64,000 nucleotides of DNA from Balanoglossus misakiensis (lineage: Eukaryota; Animalia; Hemichordata). The notes under the pieces are model-generated. The model was not told the DNA's origin and made no database searches. It saw nothing but the letters and a program-made list of their open reading frames with translations. This document shows positions 1-13,770 of this stretch, in pieces. A program made the translations under genes and the position numbers. Location of the stretch: positions 12,150,286 through 12,214,285 of the forward strand of contig CM082581.2 in the NCBI GenBank assembly GCA_040954595.2, read 5' to 3'. Position 1 is the stretch's first letter. Every line of letters begins with the position of its first letter.

Positions 1-503
1 GAAACATAATTCTATCATTTAAGTGCTGACCTCCCTTATTAAAAATTGATTCCATAATCATACCTTTTGCAGTGGAAAGTGAATCAAGGCCCTCATCCCC
101 CCCCCCCCCCCCCCCCAACCGTGAATAGATAACAATTCCCATGTGAGAAGTTTAATGATAGTGTTTTAATGAACTTAATTCACACGAATAACAGATTTTG
201 AAGGAAAAAACACTCAGGGACTGATTTTTAATGACAGTTTAGCATTAAATAAGAATATCCAAATAGGTCATGAGCAGAATGACCCCTGCAAACGAATTTG
301 TGCTGATGAAAGTTAGAACTTAACAAAACTATATTTTTCACCTAAATGAGGTGGATTTCATATGAATATTACATGAGATGAGGGATTCGGCTATTTAGGA
401 AATTGAAACAGCGGATGAGGCCATGTACTTATCAATATTCAAAGCTCCAATTTAATCAGTTTTATCAATGTTTATAATGTCGTGATAACGGAGTCTGACG
501 TGA

Positions 504-517
504 GTTGCCATGGAAAC
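504..517. promoter_or_regulatory. RFX X-box-like motif GTTGCCATGGAAAC next to a CRE-like TGACGTGA, probably in a PDE intron
   Basis: Close match to the X-box palindrome consensus; TGACGTGA at 496-503. Confidence 0.45.
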
Positions 518-1487
518 GTATTGAAGAGAAACATGCTGATCAAGACAGTATATACGAAACCAAACTTGCAGCATCAATAATTGAGCGGCAACTTCGCAGA
601 GGAGCTGAAAAATTAAAATCCCTGGTTTTACAACTTTGGGCTAGGTGGGATTAAAAGATTGGTCGGCAAAATTGCTGCTATTAATTTCAGTTTTGCTTTT
701 GGGAAAAAGGTTTATCTGTCCTGCAGTCAAATGGGAGTGAAGTCGTACAGTTTACTTTCTACTCTTGTTTGGACTCTATTGAAGTGGAGTAAAGTGAAAC
801 CTTTTTAAACCGAACCCTCTCTACTCAGAACACATCTTCACAGAACACTGAGACAAAAGACAATACCCTCTATAAGCCAGACTCTGGCATAGAGCTGTTC
901 TGATAATGATGCGTACAAAAATTAGGACAAAAATGGCAATATTTTCTTCGGGGCAGTTTTTGTCATTATTTAAAAAATCTAGTTAAAAGAAATGGCTTAT
1001 AAATGCTCTTTGAAGTTTGGTTTGCAGGGTCCATTTAATGATCAATCATTGAACGATCTTTTTCGTAATAGTGCGTGTGAATAAATAGGAATGATCAAGA
1101 TGACCTGCAGAGGGCGTTATTTAACTCGTGATGTAGATTTATCATGATGCCCCAGCAGAGTTTGAGGGGACATTTCACTGTTTGACATTTTCCCTCTTTC
1201 AGAAGACAAGAGAGTCACTGTTTCTTGAATACCTAGTTTACATAATAGAGAAATAAAAACTTTATTTGCTTGGATAAATGTTCACATCTCAAACTTGTAA
1301 GACCTCTTTTATCTTGTGTTTCTGTCATACAACAATGCGGTTACGCCATATGCTTGGAGATGAAAGTGTGAACCGAACATTAACATCAAAGGGTTATATC
1401 TGTGTCTGGAAACAGCAACTCCCAATAGTTTAAATAACTTGACATGACTAACAGAGCACTGTCTTTGCTTTTGTGTCCTCCAATTAG

Positions 1488-4400
1488 CGCCTCTACCATG
1501 GAGTGGTCTGCGAAAAACGGAATTGCAAAACGAGTTGCAACCACAGGGGAGGTGAGCACATCATTTTCTTAACTTTTTTCCCCCATTTACCACTACTTAC
1601 TCGATATTTTTGACATTTCCCTCATATCATTTGTTGACTTTTGATGGATGTCCCTGCCAAGCTGATGAAGTTTTTCCATTTAAACTCCACTGGGTGTGAT
1701 TAATGATATTGGACTGTCTCCATGTCTATTTAGAGTTCCAGACAGATCAGCCTCTGGTTGTGACCCACACTTTATAATATCACAAGATGTAATGATTCCG
1801 TTGATATCTCAGAGGAAATGCCATAAACTAGGAAGAAAAAATCTAGTTATCTTTCCCCATTATTTTCATTTCAGACATTGAATATTGAAGATATTCAGAG
1901 CAACAAGTCATTCAAGATGGGCGTCGACGAGGGAAGTGGATTCGTACCAAGGACCTTGCTCTGTATGCCGATTTATAACAGTGAACATAAAATCATTGGA
2001 GTCACCCAGCTTCTCAACAAAGTCAACGGCCAGCCCTTCCATGAACAGGATGTCAATATATTTGAGGTAAAGCAGAAAAGTTGTGCTGTTTGTCAAGCGT
2101 GGCTGTACTGTATTTGGGTGGATAACCTAAATATCTAATAACCTAAACATACATGTAGCTGGAAGGTTTGTATATAGTCACACAACATGAGCACCATCAT
2201 AAAATAATAGTGTGAACCATATGATGAAAATCTGTTGTTGATTTTTCCCCCCAGGCGTTTGCTATTTTCTGCGGACTTGGCATCCACAACACTCAGATGT
2301 ATGAGAATGCATGTAAGCTGATGGCCAAGCAAGCAGTGGCGTTAGAGGTACTATCATATCATGCGACAGCACAACCTGAAGAGACTGATAAACTCAAGGT
2401 AGGAACACCCTCCTCTCCTTCTCATTGTGAGATCTCGCTAGACTTGGTTACCGTAACCACCATAGCAACAGGTTGCTAGCCAAGCAATGAGCGTCAAGCT
2501 TTGTATGAAACTGGAGAAGGTGCAGAGTTTAACAAAAATTTTAATTTTTCTGCACGTTTATTCAGCCTCCATACACAACCATTGTCATATAGGCAATATT
2601 AGAATCTCTGCAAACTCAACATGCTGTTATCTGTCGGCTAAGTATAAAAGCTTGAAAACTGATGCTACAATTGGCAGCTTTCAGATCACTATAACTGATA
2701 GAAAAAAGGACAGCTTGAGATTGCATCTTTTGCTTTTTAACGTGGTGTTTTTTTGATTCATTTTCTTGTAGAGAATGGAGATCAGGTCAGCTGAGGATTT
2801 GGGTCTCTTTACGTTTCAATTTGATGATCTGAAATTGACAGAAGACGAAACACTGACGGCTTCAATCCGAATGTTCCAAGAATGCGATCTCATTAATAAA
2901 TTCCACGTGCCTTATGATGTAAGTTTTGAATTTAAAATTATTTGCCAGTGAATTGTAGGTACAAGTACATGTACATGTATGTTACCCATGCTCTTCAGAA
3001 AACTTATGCTGCTGTGTGTGTTACCATGGTATTTGGTGTGAAGGTGCATCCTGTCTAATGTAAAAAATAAAAAATTTTCTTCTTCGCCAGGTGATATGTC
3101 GATGGCTTCTGAGTGTGAAGAAGAATTATCGTCACGTGACTTACCACAACTGGAGGCATGCGTTTAACGTAGCGCAGACTATGTTTGCAATGGTGAAAGT
3201 GAGTAATATTGGCTTCAACTGACCTGTACAGGGCTGGGCTGGACATCATCAGGCCTAGAGATAGTCTCTAACATCAGTCTATAACCTGAGAAATTTATCC
3301 AGCCACAGCTACAGTGTTTTGATTGATCAAACATTATCCCTAAATCCAGCACAAAAGTCCCAATATTTGCATTATCCTGTCGGGAAGTTCTGTTTCAGTA
3401 GTTACCTACATTTGTGTATGTGCACTTACTCTGGTAGTAGTGTTAGTTGATCAACACAGTTGTGATTTTATTTAGCATTTCAATATTCCAGTCAGGGTTC
3501 AAGATCTTGAGGCATAACAGTTTGTTTCGGTAGAGATTCAGAGAGATTCTGCTTGGTTTTTCAAGTGGTAGTCTGTTACAACATTCATATGTTGAAACTG
3601 GTGTAGAACCTCAGCATCCTTTTCTTTGTTTTCTTTTCTTGCCTTCAGAGTGGTGGAATGGACACAATTATAACTGATCTGGAGTGTTTTTCTCTGATTG
3701 TTGCCTGTCTGTGTCATGACTTGGATCACCGTGGTACCAATAATGCTTATCAACTCAAGTAAGGTCATAATGCAGACTAAACTGATCGGGTTAATTTGGA
3801 GGTGGGAAGGGGAATTGGGGCTAGAATTGACTCTTAGATCAGTATCCCTGCGGGAAAGGTGTACGATGCTATCTTCTTGGCCATGCTTTGATTTTCATCT
3901 ACCATTACAGTACAGTCAAACTTTTGTTAGTGGCCACGTCTATATAGAGGCTACTCTGTTATGGTCCCTATGCAATTAACATGTGCAGTACACAGTTACA
4001 TACACAAAGTTACACACATTATCAAACACATAATCATTCTTTTTCTCAATCCCGATTGCTCTGTGTAATGAGGATTAAAGTATGGGTCCTCATTTGTCTG
4101 TCATGCAGAAGAATCCACCTATGGTATAGGAAATGCATGTAAGAGAGCTTAAAACATTCTCCTTCAATTTTGTCACTACAGATCGGAATCCCCACTGGCA
4201 CAGCTGTACGGTACATCCACTATGGAACATCACCATTTCGATCACTGCATCATGATACTGAACAGCGAGGTAGGCTGACCAGACACAACTGCAGTGCACT
4301 GACAGTAAAAAAAACACCTCAGATTTCCTCATGAAAAATGCACACTCCCAGCACTTTTACTCTAAGATGTACACTTTGTACACCTGTCCAGCACCTTTAC

Positions 4401-7400
4401 ACCTAGCAATTTTGAAATGTTTTGTTAGAGAAAAGTCGAGCTAAGTCGGTTGATTTCTAGTTCAGTGATCCAAAACCTACATGTAAGTTAACCCATCAGT
4501 AAGATGTCAGACTTCAATTTTCAAGGCACCAGCAGTGTGTGATCTTCAAGGGTCATACTAGATGTATTTGCTTTTAACCCTTAGTCATCACAGATAATCC
4601 ACTATCTTGTCATGTTTTCTACTCATTATCCACAGGGGAACAACATCTTTGAGTCTTTGCCCAGTGATGACTACCGCCATGCCATCAAGATGTTAGAGAG
4701 TGCCATCTTATCAACCGATTTGGCACTCTACTTCAAGTAAGACCATCTTTTGTCACTAAGTGTTGTGTAAACAAATCTTCCATTGACAAGAAACGCATGA
4801 AATATCTTTTTGATTTTTTAGTATTCTTGCTGTAGGTAACATTTTGCTTCAGTCAGACCTCGAAGCAGTTAATGTCTGTTACACAGCTGAGTATAAAGGA
4901 TTTCAAATATGGGACTTCTTTTTTACAGTATTTGTAAGTTGAATACATCTATTTTTCTGTTCTTGATCATCTGATGAGTTTCTATGTCAATGTCTGAATT
5001 TTTAGAAAGCGTGGTAGTTTTTCTCAGCTTGTGGAGAAGGGAGAGAAAAAGTGGGTAGAGACTGAAAAGAAAGACTTACTCAGGTGAGAATAAAGATTTT
5101 GGATGTGATGATACTATGACAGAACTTCATGACCCCTGCGCGCGATCTGTGCAGTATGGATGTTATTTTCATGAGTGATAAGGTGTATTCTTCCGAGTAT
5201 TTGTACGAGCGACAGTACTTTCATAATTTTATTGGTATTTTAAAAATGAGTGAAGTTTTGTGAACTTTGAGCTGTTATGTATATTGACATGCCATACATG
5301 TAATAGTTGAACTTCTGTCGGTTACTGAGATGTGATTGGCTGATGATATTACACTGGATGATTTCAGGGGTATGATGATGACAGCATGTGATGTCTCAGC
5401 CATTACAAAGCCATGGGATATACAGCACCGTGTTGCGGAGCTTGTTGCTGGCGAATTCTTTGAGCAAGGCGACCTGGAAAAAGTTCAGTTGGGTCAACAA
5501 CCCATTGTGAGTCTATATCTGTCCACTTTCATGCTACATTTTTGACAATTTTCTGGTGACATTTCCCTGGACTTGCACAAATTGTTCTTTCATGCCCACT
5601 TTAAGTGCGTGTGACATTTTGTCAGCTTCCTTGCGTCATATTTGTCCACTTGATATTTTGTCATACTTCCACATCAGCATTTTGTCCTGAAACCTTGTGA
5701 CGTTTTTAGTCACTTACTAGTTTCTGGTGACATTTCTTCTTACTCCCACTCTGGACCCCATGACCCTTTCTTGTACTCTTCCTTCTGACATTTTCCTGTC
5801 CATATTTTTTGTTCCGCTGCCATGTAACATTTTTCTTCTACAGGCAATGATGGACAGAGAGAAGAAGGATGAATTACCCAAGATGCAAGTGGGTTTCATC
5901 GATGCAATTTGTATGCCTGTGTACAAGGTAAACAGTGTTACCCCTTACAACAGAATAATGTTTAAAAGAAGGCCACTATATGCTAAATGAGAATTTTTCT
6001 CTCAAATTTCAAATTCTAGTAAATTTGTTCTGTCAAAAAAAATCATGAAAATTACCTTCAAAGGTTGTTGCCAATATGGCAGATTTTATTTGTTAACATT
6101 TATTTGATTAGATGTGAATTGCTGTGATAGACTATACTTATCTCTATTTGTAGTGAAATTCTGTGTTGTTTCTGTCAACAATCTTGAAATCCGTCCAACA
6201 TCACACTAAAACATTACAGTTTGTTTTCTTATGATATTACTTTATCATACATGTACCTCAAACCCTGAAAATCATTTCAACAGTAGAAGTATAACTGTCA
6301 CTAACCTTGTAGAAATTATGCCATGAACAGTATTAAGAATTCTATGAATTTTGCTATAAGTACAAATGCATTTTGAAATGTCACACAAGACATAAAAATT
6401 GTATTTGTGTACTGATGGTAATATATATTTCGTGAACTCAACATCGGCAAAGATTTTTCTGTTCAGTTTACATACATTGAAGATTTGAAATGAATATCTC
6501 TTGTTTTGGTTATTAGACAGATCAGTTGTCCACCTTACTGATCAAATGTGAAGCCAGTACGTCTTTCATTTAAAACTATTTGGGAACAACAAACTGAAAC
6601 TACACATAAGCTAGTTCAGGGACTGCGTCCAGCCTTGCCAAACGTGGTGTCATATCTATAGAAGTGCAGGGTGTCCTCAGAATCTGGCCAACTTCTCTTT
6701 TCTCGATCATCAATCACTGGATAATTGCAAATCGCTGATCAAAATCACGCATAAAGTACTTCTCACAATTCTCACTTTTTACTGCTATAAAGCTATTTAA
6801 AAAATGGGGTTTTTGTTTGTTAGTATAGAGCTATTTAAAAAAATGGGGCTTTTATTTGTTAATCACCATAAATCACAGTTACTGTAAAATAATCCTGTTT
6901 GAGTTTTTTTTGCCTTTACTAATACGCATGGTGATTACACTGTCCATTAATTAACACATCTACTAACATTCCACATAGTAATGGTTCATTTAGAAACTAA
7001 CACGGGTTGTTAAAGATCCCCATACTAACCTACCCCCCACACCACCCCATCATATGGTTTCCATGGAAACTTCACCATCACTTCTCTCTTTATGCCTTTT
7101 TCCTCTCTGGTCCATTCTAGATGTTTGCAGACATTTGGCCAGGTTTGACTCCACTGTACTCCGGAGTTAAAAGCAACCGCGATAATTGGCAATCCTTGGC
7201 GGACGAGCACGAGCATGGTTAGCGTCATTTTTTATTAACAGTTTGTTGCAGACGCAAACAGTCAGTCCAAAGTCTCAGGGTGCGACTGTTTGTTTTGCTC
7301 TTTATCATTTTCTCTCCCATTTTAGACTTTTGCACAGATGGAACCTCTTCTAGGCCCTCTCTTTGAGGGTTGCCTAAGTAACCGCAAGAATTGGGAGTCC

Positions 7401-10358
7401 CTTGCGGAAAATCACGACGAGCTCCTCCACAAAAATGTCAAGGACACGGGGAATAATAACTCAAGCAAAGAGGATAAAAAGTCGTCCAGTAAATCGACTG
7501 GTGAGGTGACCTGTACTAACTGATCCACGTCTCTGTGTGCAACTGCATGTTAACCTGACTGTCCACTTTGGAGCTCACTCACCTCCTCGTCTGTTCTTGG
7601 ACATCATACCGGCACTACAGAGACAGACACACAGACACCACAGGCGCAAAGACACATCTAGGCACTATACACACACGCACAGACACACGATCACTACGAC
7701 ACTGCAGACACTTAGATGCCGAAAGACAAATAGACACAACAGACATGCTGACACTATAGACACCTGTCAACACAGATGACACCAGAGATCGGATGTTAAT
7801 AATCATCAGCATTGCTCACTCAGTAAACAGATACCACAAAAGATACGCAAACGCACACAACAACCTACAAATAATGCTACACAGTTACACCACCTGGTCA
7901 ACACACCAGTGAGCACACCAATAATAAACAAACGCAGACACGTAACAGCAGGCACCACTATACTGTACATGTATATACACAACAATGTACAGTCACACCC
8001 ATAGTCACGTGGCCCAACCATTGAACAGACCATTTCTCTAGTATCGCAGGTACAAAAACCTCAGTAGTATATTCCTTGAGGCATATCATAATTAAAAATC
8101 AACTTGATACAAGACAGTTTATTTGATAGCTTTATCATTTAATGGATACTTTCCTGCAGTGAGATGCAAAAATAAATTGTGTGTTATGTACAGGTACAGC
8201 AGCTGTATATCAATCATAGAAACACTCCATATCCCCTGTATATTGTGCGAGTATAGTTTGCGATCAATGTGAAAATGGTCTGTTCTCGCATCTCTGGAAA
8301 TGACAACATTCACTCATTCTCCTGTACCGCTTTCCTCACAGAATTCACCGACAGACATTCACTTTTTTAACAATCTTCCATTACCAGTACCATCTCCAGA
8401 TGTTGAGAAACGATGTCTTTAAGAGAGTAATCATTTATCAAGTTTGTATTCCTCTCATCTCAATGATGGTGTACGTACCACATTTTGTGACTCTACATAC
8501 AGCATACAGGGACCTCTTCTGATTTTTGGAACCAAAAGAAAAAATAAATTTGAAAGACATCAGCAATAAAATCTTTTGAACCCTTAATTGTTGCACCACT
8601 GCTCTACCGATTACAAACCATGTGAACATGATTTTCCAACATTTTCGAACTATTCTGTGTTCTTATGTCTTAATTCCTCCCAAACAATTTCTTTAAAAAA
8701 TGTCAAAGAAAGAATTGATCATCATTCATTGGATTTCAGAGGCTCGGTTAATTGCTGTATGTAGGGAGCTTCAGTTGTCATTACATTGATATCATGATAC
8801 ATGTAATTGTGCTGTGGAAGTTGGTGAAAACCAAGCCCTATATTTTTGTCAAAACCCCAGCACACTACTTGAGGCCCGCATGACACTTATGTACATTCCC
8901 ATTAACATCCGACATACAAATACGGTGTTCACCTGTGACACTGCACTTACATCTGCCGCATCAGCCATTTGAAAGTCGAGGTTATCATAAGTTGCACATC
9001 ACCAGCAGCGGTTAAAAATGTTCTGTGTGTAAATCAGAGATCAAGCAAGCTTATTTGCAAATAAGGTGCTTTTTAAGGCTAGCTGGCACTTGCTGTATTT
9101 GTCCCTTCAAGTGCGTGGGTGTCCATGTCGCTGTCGCACTTGTCCAGCACTCACTCTGTGCTCCTTGCAGTTTCTGCATTCATGGCTGCAATTGCTGTCT
9201 TTGTATATTGCAATTGCTCTGTTATAAACACTGCAGTTTCTGTGTACTTCTTTGCAATTGCCAATACTTGTCCATGCAATTGCTCTTCTCTTGCACATGC
9301 AGTTGCCATATTTGTCTGTGCAAATTCATGTTCATCTGCACAAACAACTGCGATGTTATTCCATGCAGTTGGTGACAATTTTGTCTTTGCCCATGGTTTG
9401 GTTGTCCCATCCATCGCTGTGTTTTGTGTTCTTTTCTTTATATAAATCCATTTTTGATTTTTTTCCTTTTATTTTGCTTCTCGCTTCCTTATTTGCAGTT
9501 TATGTTTAGTATAATTGTAAAAATGACCCTGGACTAAGCAATGCTTCTGCTGTGTCAGTTTTTCAACAATGTGCCACATTTTCCGTCCTTGCTTCAGAAG
9601 CCATGATATGCAGATCAAAACAAAACAAAAGAAATGAAATTTATAGAAGGGGGGGGGGGGAGGGAATTGTGCTATTTTCCTTTTTTGAATTAGACAAATG
9701 TTTGATCAAATATTTTATTTGGACATTCAGTTAGAAAATAATTTTAAAAAATGGATAAGTCAAGTTTTGATTTCACAATTTCATGATCTGCAGATGGCTG
9801 ATAGATATGCGTAGTAGATTTCAGATGAGTGTCCGATACTAATGGAATTCATCAGCTCTTTAGATGTTCTGCTCTAATCTCCTGCGCCAACACCTCCAGC
9901 TTTTATTTATTTTATTTTTTTATTTTGCATATTTGTTTTCAGCCACAGTTAAGGAGGAGAGTGGCAAGGATGTAAACAGCAACAGTGCTGCTGGCTCTGC
10001 TCAAACTGACTCTAATACCCAAGCTTCTAACTCCAAAACGCCTTCTTCTCACCCTTCTTCCTCTCCCCAATCTACCATTCTGCCTTCACAACCCCCATCC
10101 GCAGATAGCAAGGAAATGATAGAGGAAGCGCCGTCTGACGCAAAGACAAGGCAGAGGGACGAAGACGTCAAGCGCTCGGAAGTCATAACACCCACCAAGA
10201 AGACGCAGAAGCCCCAAAACGACATCGATGTGGAGAAGCAGAATATGAAGAACGTAGAGGGCTCGCGGAGCGCCACGAGACACACAAGTGCTGTAAATAA
10301 CCAGGAGAGAGAGTTATTAGATTCCAAACCCAGAAGCAGTTTGTGTATAATACTTTGA
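1488..10358 (+). CDS. GAF-domain cGMP phosphodiesterase, invertebrate PDE5/6 type; 5' end lies upstream of the window
   Basis: GT-AG exons at about 1488-1551, 1875-2066, 2255-2398, 2772-2918, 3091-3198, 3649-3758, 4182-4269, 4636-4736, 5006-5083, 5368-5506, 5844-5927, then 7121-7217 or 7326-7500, then 9943-10358. GAF-B end: [40 protein letters not shown]. Catalytic motifs: [58 protein letters not shown]-terminal CaaX box CIIL. Confidence 0.93.
7057..7070. promoter_or_regulatory. Perfect X-box palindrome GTTTCCATGGAAAC upstream of PDE exon A
   Basis: 14-bp perfect palindrome matching the RFX consensus. Confidence 0.4.
7121..7217 (+). CDS. PDE alternative exon A ([32 protein letters not shown])
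   Basis: Polypyrimidine tract and TAG acceptor; TACTAAC branch-like motif at about 7023; phase 0 start, phase 1 end with GTTAGC donor; encodes the typical PDE terminal helix 'PLxxGxxxNRxxWxxLA'. Confidence 0.8.
7326..7500 (+). CDS. PDE alternative exon B ([32 protein letters not shown]...)
   Basis: TTTTAG acceptor; phase 0 start, phase 1 end with GTGAGG donor at 7501, or read-through to TGA ending 7523; paralogous to exon A. Confidence 0.8.
7610..8000. repeat. Degenerate CA/ACAG-rich low-complexity tract
   Basis: Repeated acacagacac- and acaccac-like units downstream of PDE exon B. Confidence 0.55.
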
Positions 10359-13300
10359 TATCTGTGAGTTATTGTTGTTACCGTCGCCGTGTCTGTGTGG
10401 TATGGTCCATTCAGTGGTGCTGTGTACTATAGGATAACTTTCAACAACAACAACGACATCAATGGCAGTTATTGTCTTCTTCACATGTGCTATCACTTGC
10501 AAACAATTCAACTGTTACATCACATGCAACAATGACAATAAACGTAGCTCACAGCTTTTGATTTACTATCGCTGGGATACAGTTTATTTCTTGATTTGTT
10601 TTTGTTATTCCAAGTGAAATGATCTCCACCTTGCTGCAGAGAATAGCACAACCACACAGAACGCAAACCTATGCACCATCACTCCAATAATGCTGTATTT
10701 TATGATTTTGGATCCAAAGGGGTTTAAATCCGATACAAGACCTGTACAGTTTGATGGAAAATATTGCCAGCTAGGGAGACTCAATGTGCAAACCTATAGT
10801 CACATGACTCAAAAATGACCTATCACAGGGGCAGTGCATTTATTAAGCCTTCTCCTGCTTCAAATGTACTCCCTGGCCTTGCAATATTTCCTTCATAAGG
10901 ACCATAGGCAAAGCCTTTTACCAGTAAAAAGAACTACCATAATATCCCATGGAATACTTTCTTTACACAAAGAGCAAGTGATCTGTTTTTTGTGTGTGTT
11001 ACACAAATTCCTTCAAGAAAATGATTCATCATGATAAAGAAAAGCCTTATTTTCTGTTAATGCCTATTTTAAGAACTTGTGAGACTGAATTTCTGTCTGT
11101 TTTTAAAAGACCTCAAACGTCAAGTGATGCCAAAATTTCATGGGGTATTATGATGCAGTTTCCAAACATTTAATTCTATTTACACCAAAACTTTTAAGAT
11201 ATTGTACATTTGTAAATACATACATTTTAAGCCTTCATATAAATTAGAGATATAGACAGTTCATAAATGAATTATGTATCATTATTAAAAAGGTGTACAT
11301 GTATTAATTTTAGCATTTAAAATTACAAGTGTCAAAATTTTAGCAGAAATATGTTTTTACTTCTAGCAGATTATCATAATGCACTCTCATGTCACAATTC
11401 TGCAGGGACTTAAAAAGTTCACAGGGTACATTTTGGATTTTTAAAAACTAACACACCAAAAACACTTTTTCCAAAAGGTTTTGTTTAATGAAACTATTTT
11501 ACTGCTTAAGGTTTTATCTGAAGTTTTAATTTTACTGCAACTTGGCTGCATATTCTGCGCCGAAATTCTGATATGATATCTCCATCTGCGTCCACCATAA
11601 TACACTGTGCTGTGATGCCCATATTGAAATGATCACAGTCATTATTTTTTGATCAACAGATTTCTGTTAGAGGTCAAGTTGAATGCAGGGACCTACAAGA
11701 TGATTTGTAGAGTAAAAAGGAAACATTTCAAATTTGACAATGCCAAGAGTTTGTGCTGAAAAGTGCACATTCAGTCAGCACAAAGAAAAATAGGCTGTTT
11801 TTTTTTCCTCTCGTGTTTGGAAATATTTGTTTCCCAATTTTATGCACCTTACACAAGAGGACTGAGATTTAAAAATTCTGTCCCATCAGTGGAGTAGAGA
11901 ACCGGTTTCTGGAGTGAGCAGAGACATTCTTCAGAAAACATTTTCCTTTCGTCCCTCCCGAAAACAGTTAACAAGCTGGGCTATCCTTTGGTTGGTTGAA
12001 CCGGTACAACTAAAAAACATCAATCATCAGACTTGTTAAAGCTACGTACTGGTGGCGTTCCAAAGGACTAGCTTGCTCTCATACAGAACTTTTAGAAGCA
12101 TTTTCAAACTCCTGTTGTACAAGAAAATTTAAGATATCCTTTTCTTAACTGAATCATACATATTTGTTTGTTCGTGTATGTGAACCCTAACCCTTCAACA
12201 AAAACTCTGACACCAAACTCAACAACTGTTTCAGCCGCCTGGATGGTTAGTGTTTTATTCAGGATCAACCAGGGCAAATGATAGTCAAAGGGTAATGAGC
12301 ACAATTTTATGGACATTTACAATAATTCATGGACAGCAAAAACATTTCTGTTGCAAGCATCAAGAAAAGGCTGAACAACTTTTGGTAATAAAGCTTTATT
12401 GTTTAGTAATCATATTTGGTTGTAAAATGGGTTGTGTTTGTTGCTGGATCAATACAAGTTTCACAGTGATGTCTTGAAGCTTCAAACTGATGTATCTGAA
12501 CAGCTGTTGCATAGCCTAATTTATGAACAAATTAAATACGTCCTAGATTTCAAAATCACCTTCTTTACAAGTACGATTGCTGCGATGTCCACATTCATTG
12601 TGGCCATACTAATCTCAGTCATGCATTCTTGTAGGTTTCTCAAAACTGGCTACCCTGGTCATATCCAGTGTAATTGGCATTCATTCAACAAACAGTGGAC
12701 TTTGCAAAAAAAAAAAAAAATCAGTTTCTGTATGTGTCCATTACTCTAAACCTTTCCAAAACCCGTCCAATGACCTTGTCATTCTACAAGGTACATACAA
12801 GCCCGTCTTTTGCAGTTTAAGGTAGGATTCTACTGAGAGTACACAGGATTTGCCTGAAATTTTTCACATTACAAGAGTTATCACAACAAAACGAAACAAT
12901 TTGGGTCCAAATTTGGGGATGTAAAAGTTAAAATTACAGTATTTCCAAAATGGCCGTCAATCCTTTCTCAGTCATCTTCGTTGGGGAAAACACAATAACT
13001 ACACACTCATGCTTCAAGTCATAACGGACAGATATACCTTCTCATCAACCCCTCTCCAGCTTGTTGCGACCTGTTTTCAACCATAGGGTCAGACCATATT
13101 CAGTGAAATGGGGGTGTAAGGTCTAGAGAGATGCTTATGAAAGTCTGTCCACTTAGTAGCATTCATTACCTTAGGGTAACCATTCACATTATCACGCCAT
13201 GGTAGTCATTTACGCTAGAATGAATACAATTTCAAACATGATGAGAGTTTTTTATTTATTTATTTTGATTTGTCATTCATGTACACATTCCATAGATTAT

Positions 13301-13770
13301 ATGGCAAAGTATTTATTGTAAAGTACAGTAGTATTTATTATCACACACTTGAGAATTAAAGTCAAAATAAAAATTCACAGGATGGTGTCATGTGTTCATT
13401 TTCTTTAACGTCATCCTCATTAAAGGTAATCCTGAAATGTCAATGTCATTATCAAATGTATGTTTTCATTATAACTCTCAGGAAGATGATATCAAATACA
13501 TGTACCATAAATGAATCTCAATTAGAAAACATTCTCAATTTTTCAAAGCTCATTCTCAATCTTTGAATGTCATTCTCAAGCACAGAACTTAGTAAAGGCC
13601 ATTCTCAAGCATTGAGAGTCTCTCTCAAATGATAGAAAAATCTGCAGACTCAAGTTAGATTGACAGCAAGTCCTGGTTACAACCTTCAGAAGATTACAGC
13701 CATAATGTACCCACCCCACCCCACCCCTACAAGGCCCTTCAAGATTCTTCTTCTTCAAGGTAAGATACGT

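Noticed and set aside
9025-9375. Cys-rich ORF resembling a metallothionein
   Set aside because: Arises from a TGC/TGT-rich degenerate repeat; non-ATG start, many hydrophobic residues, no gene context.
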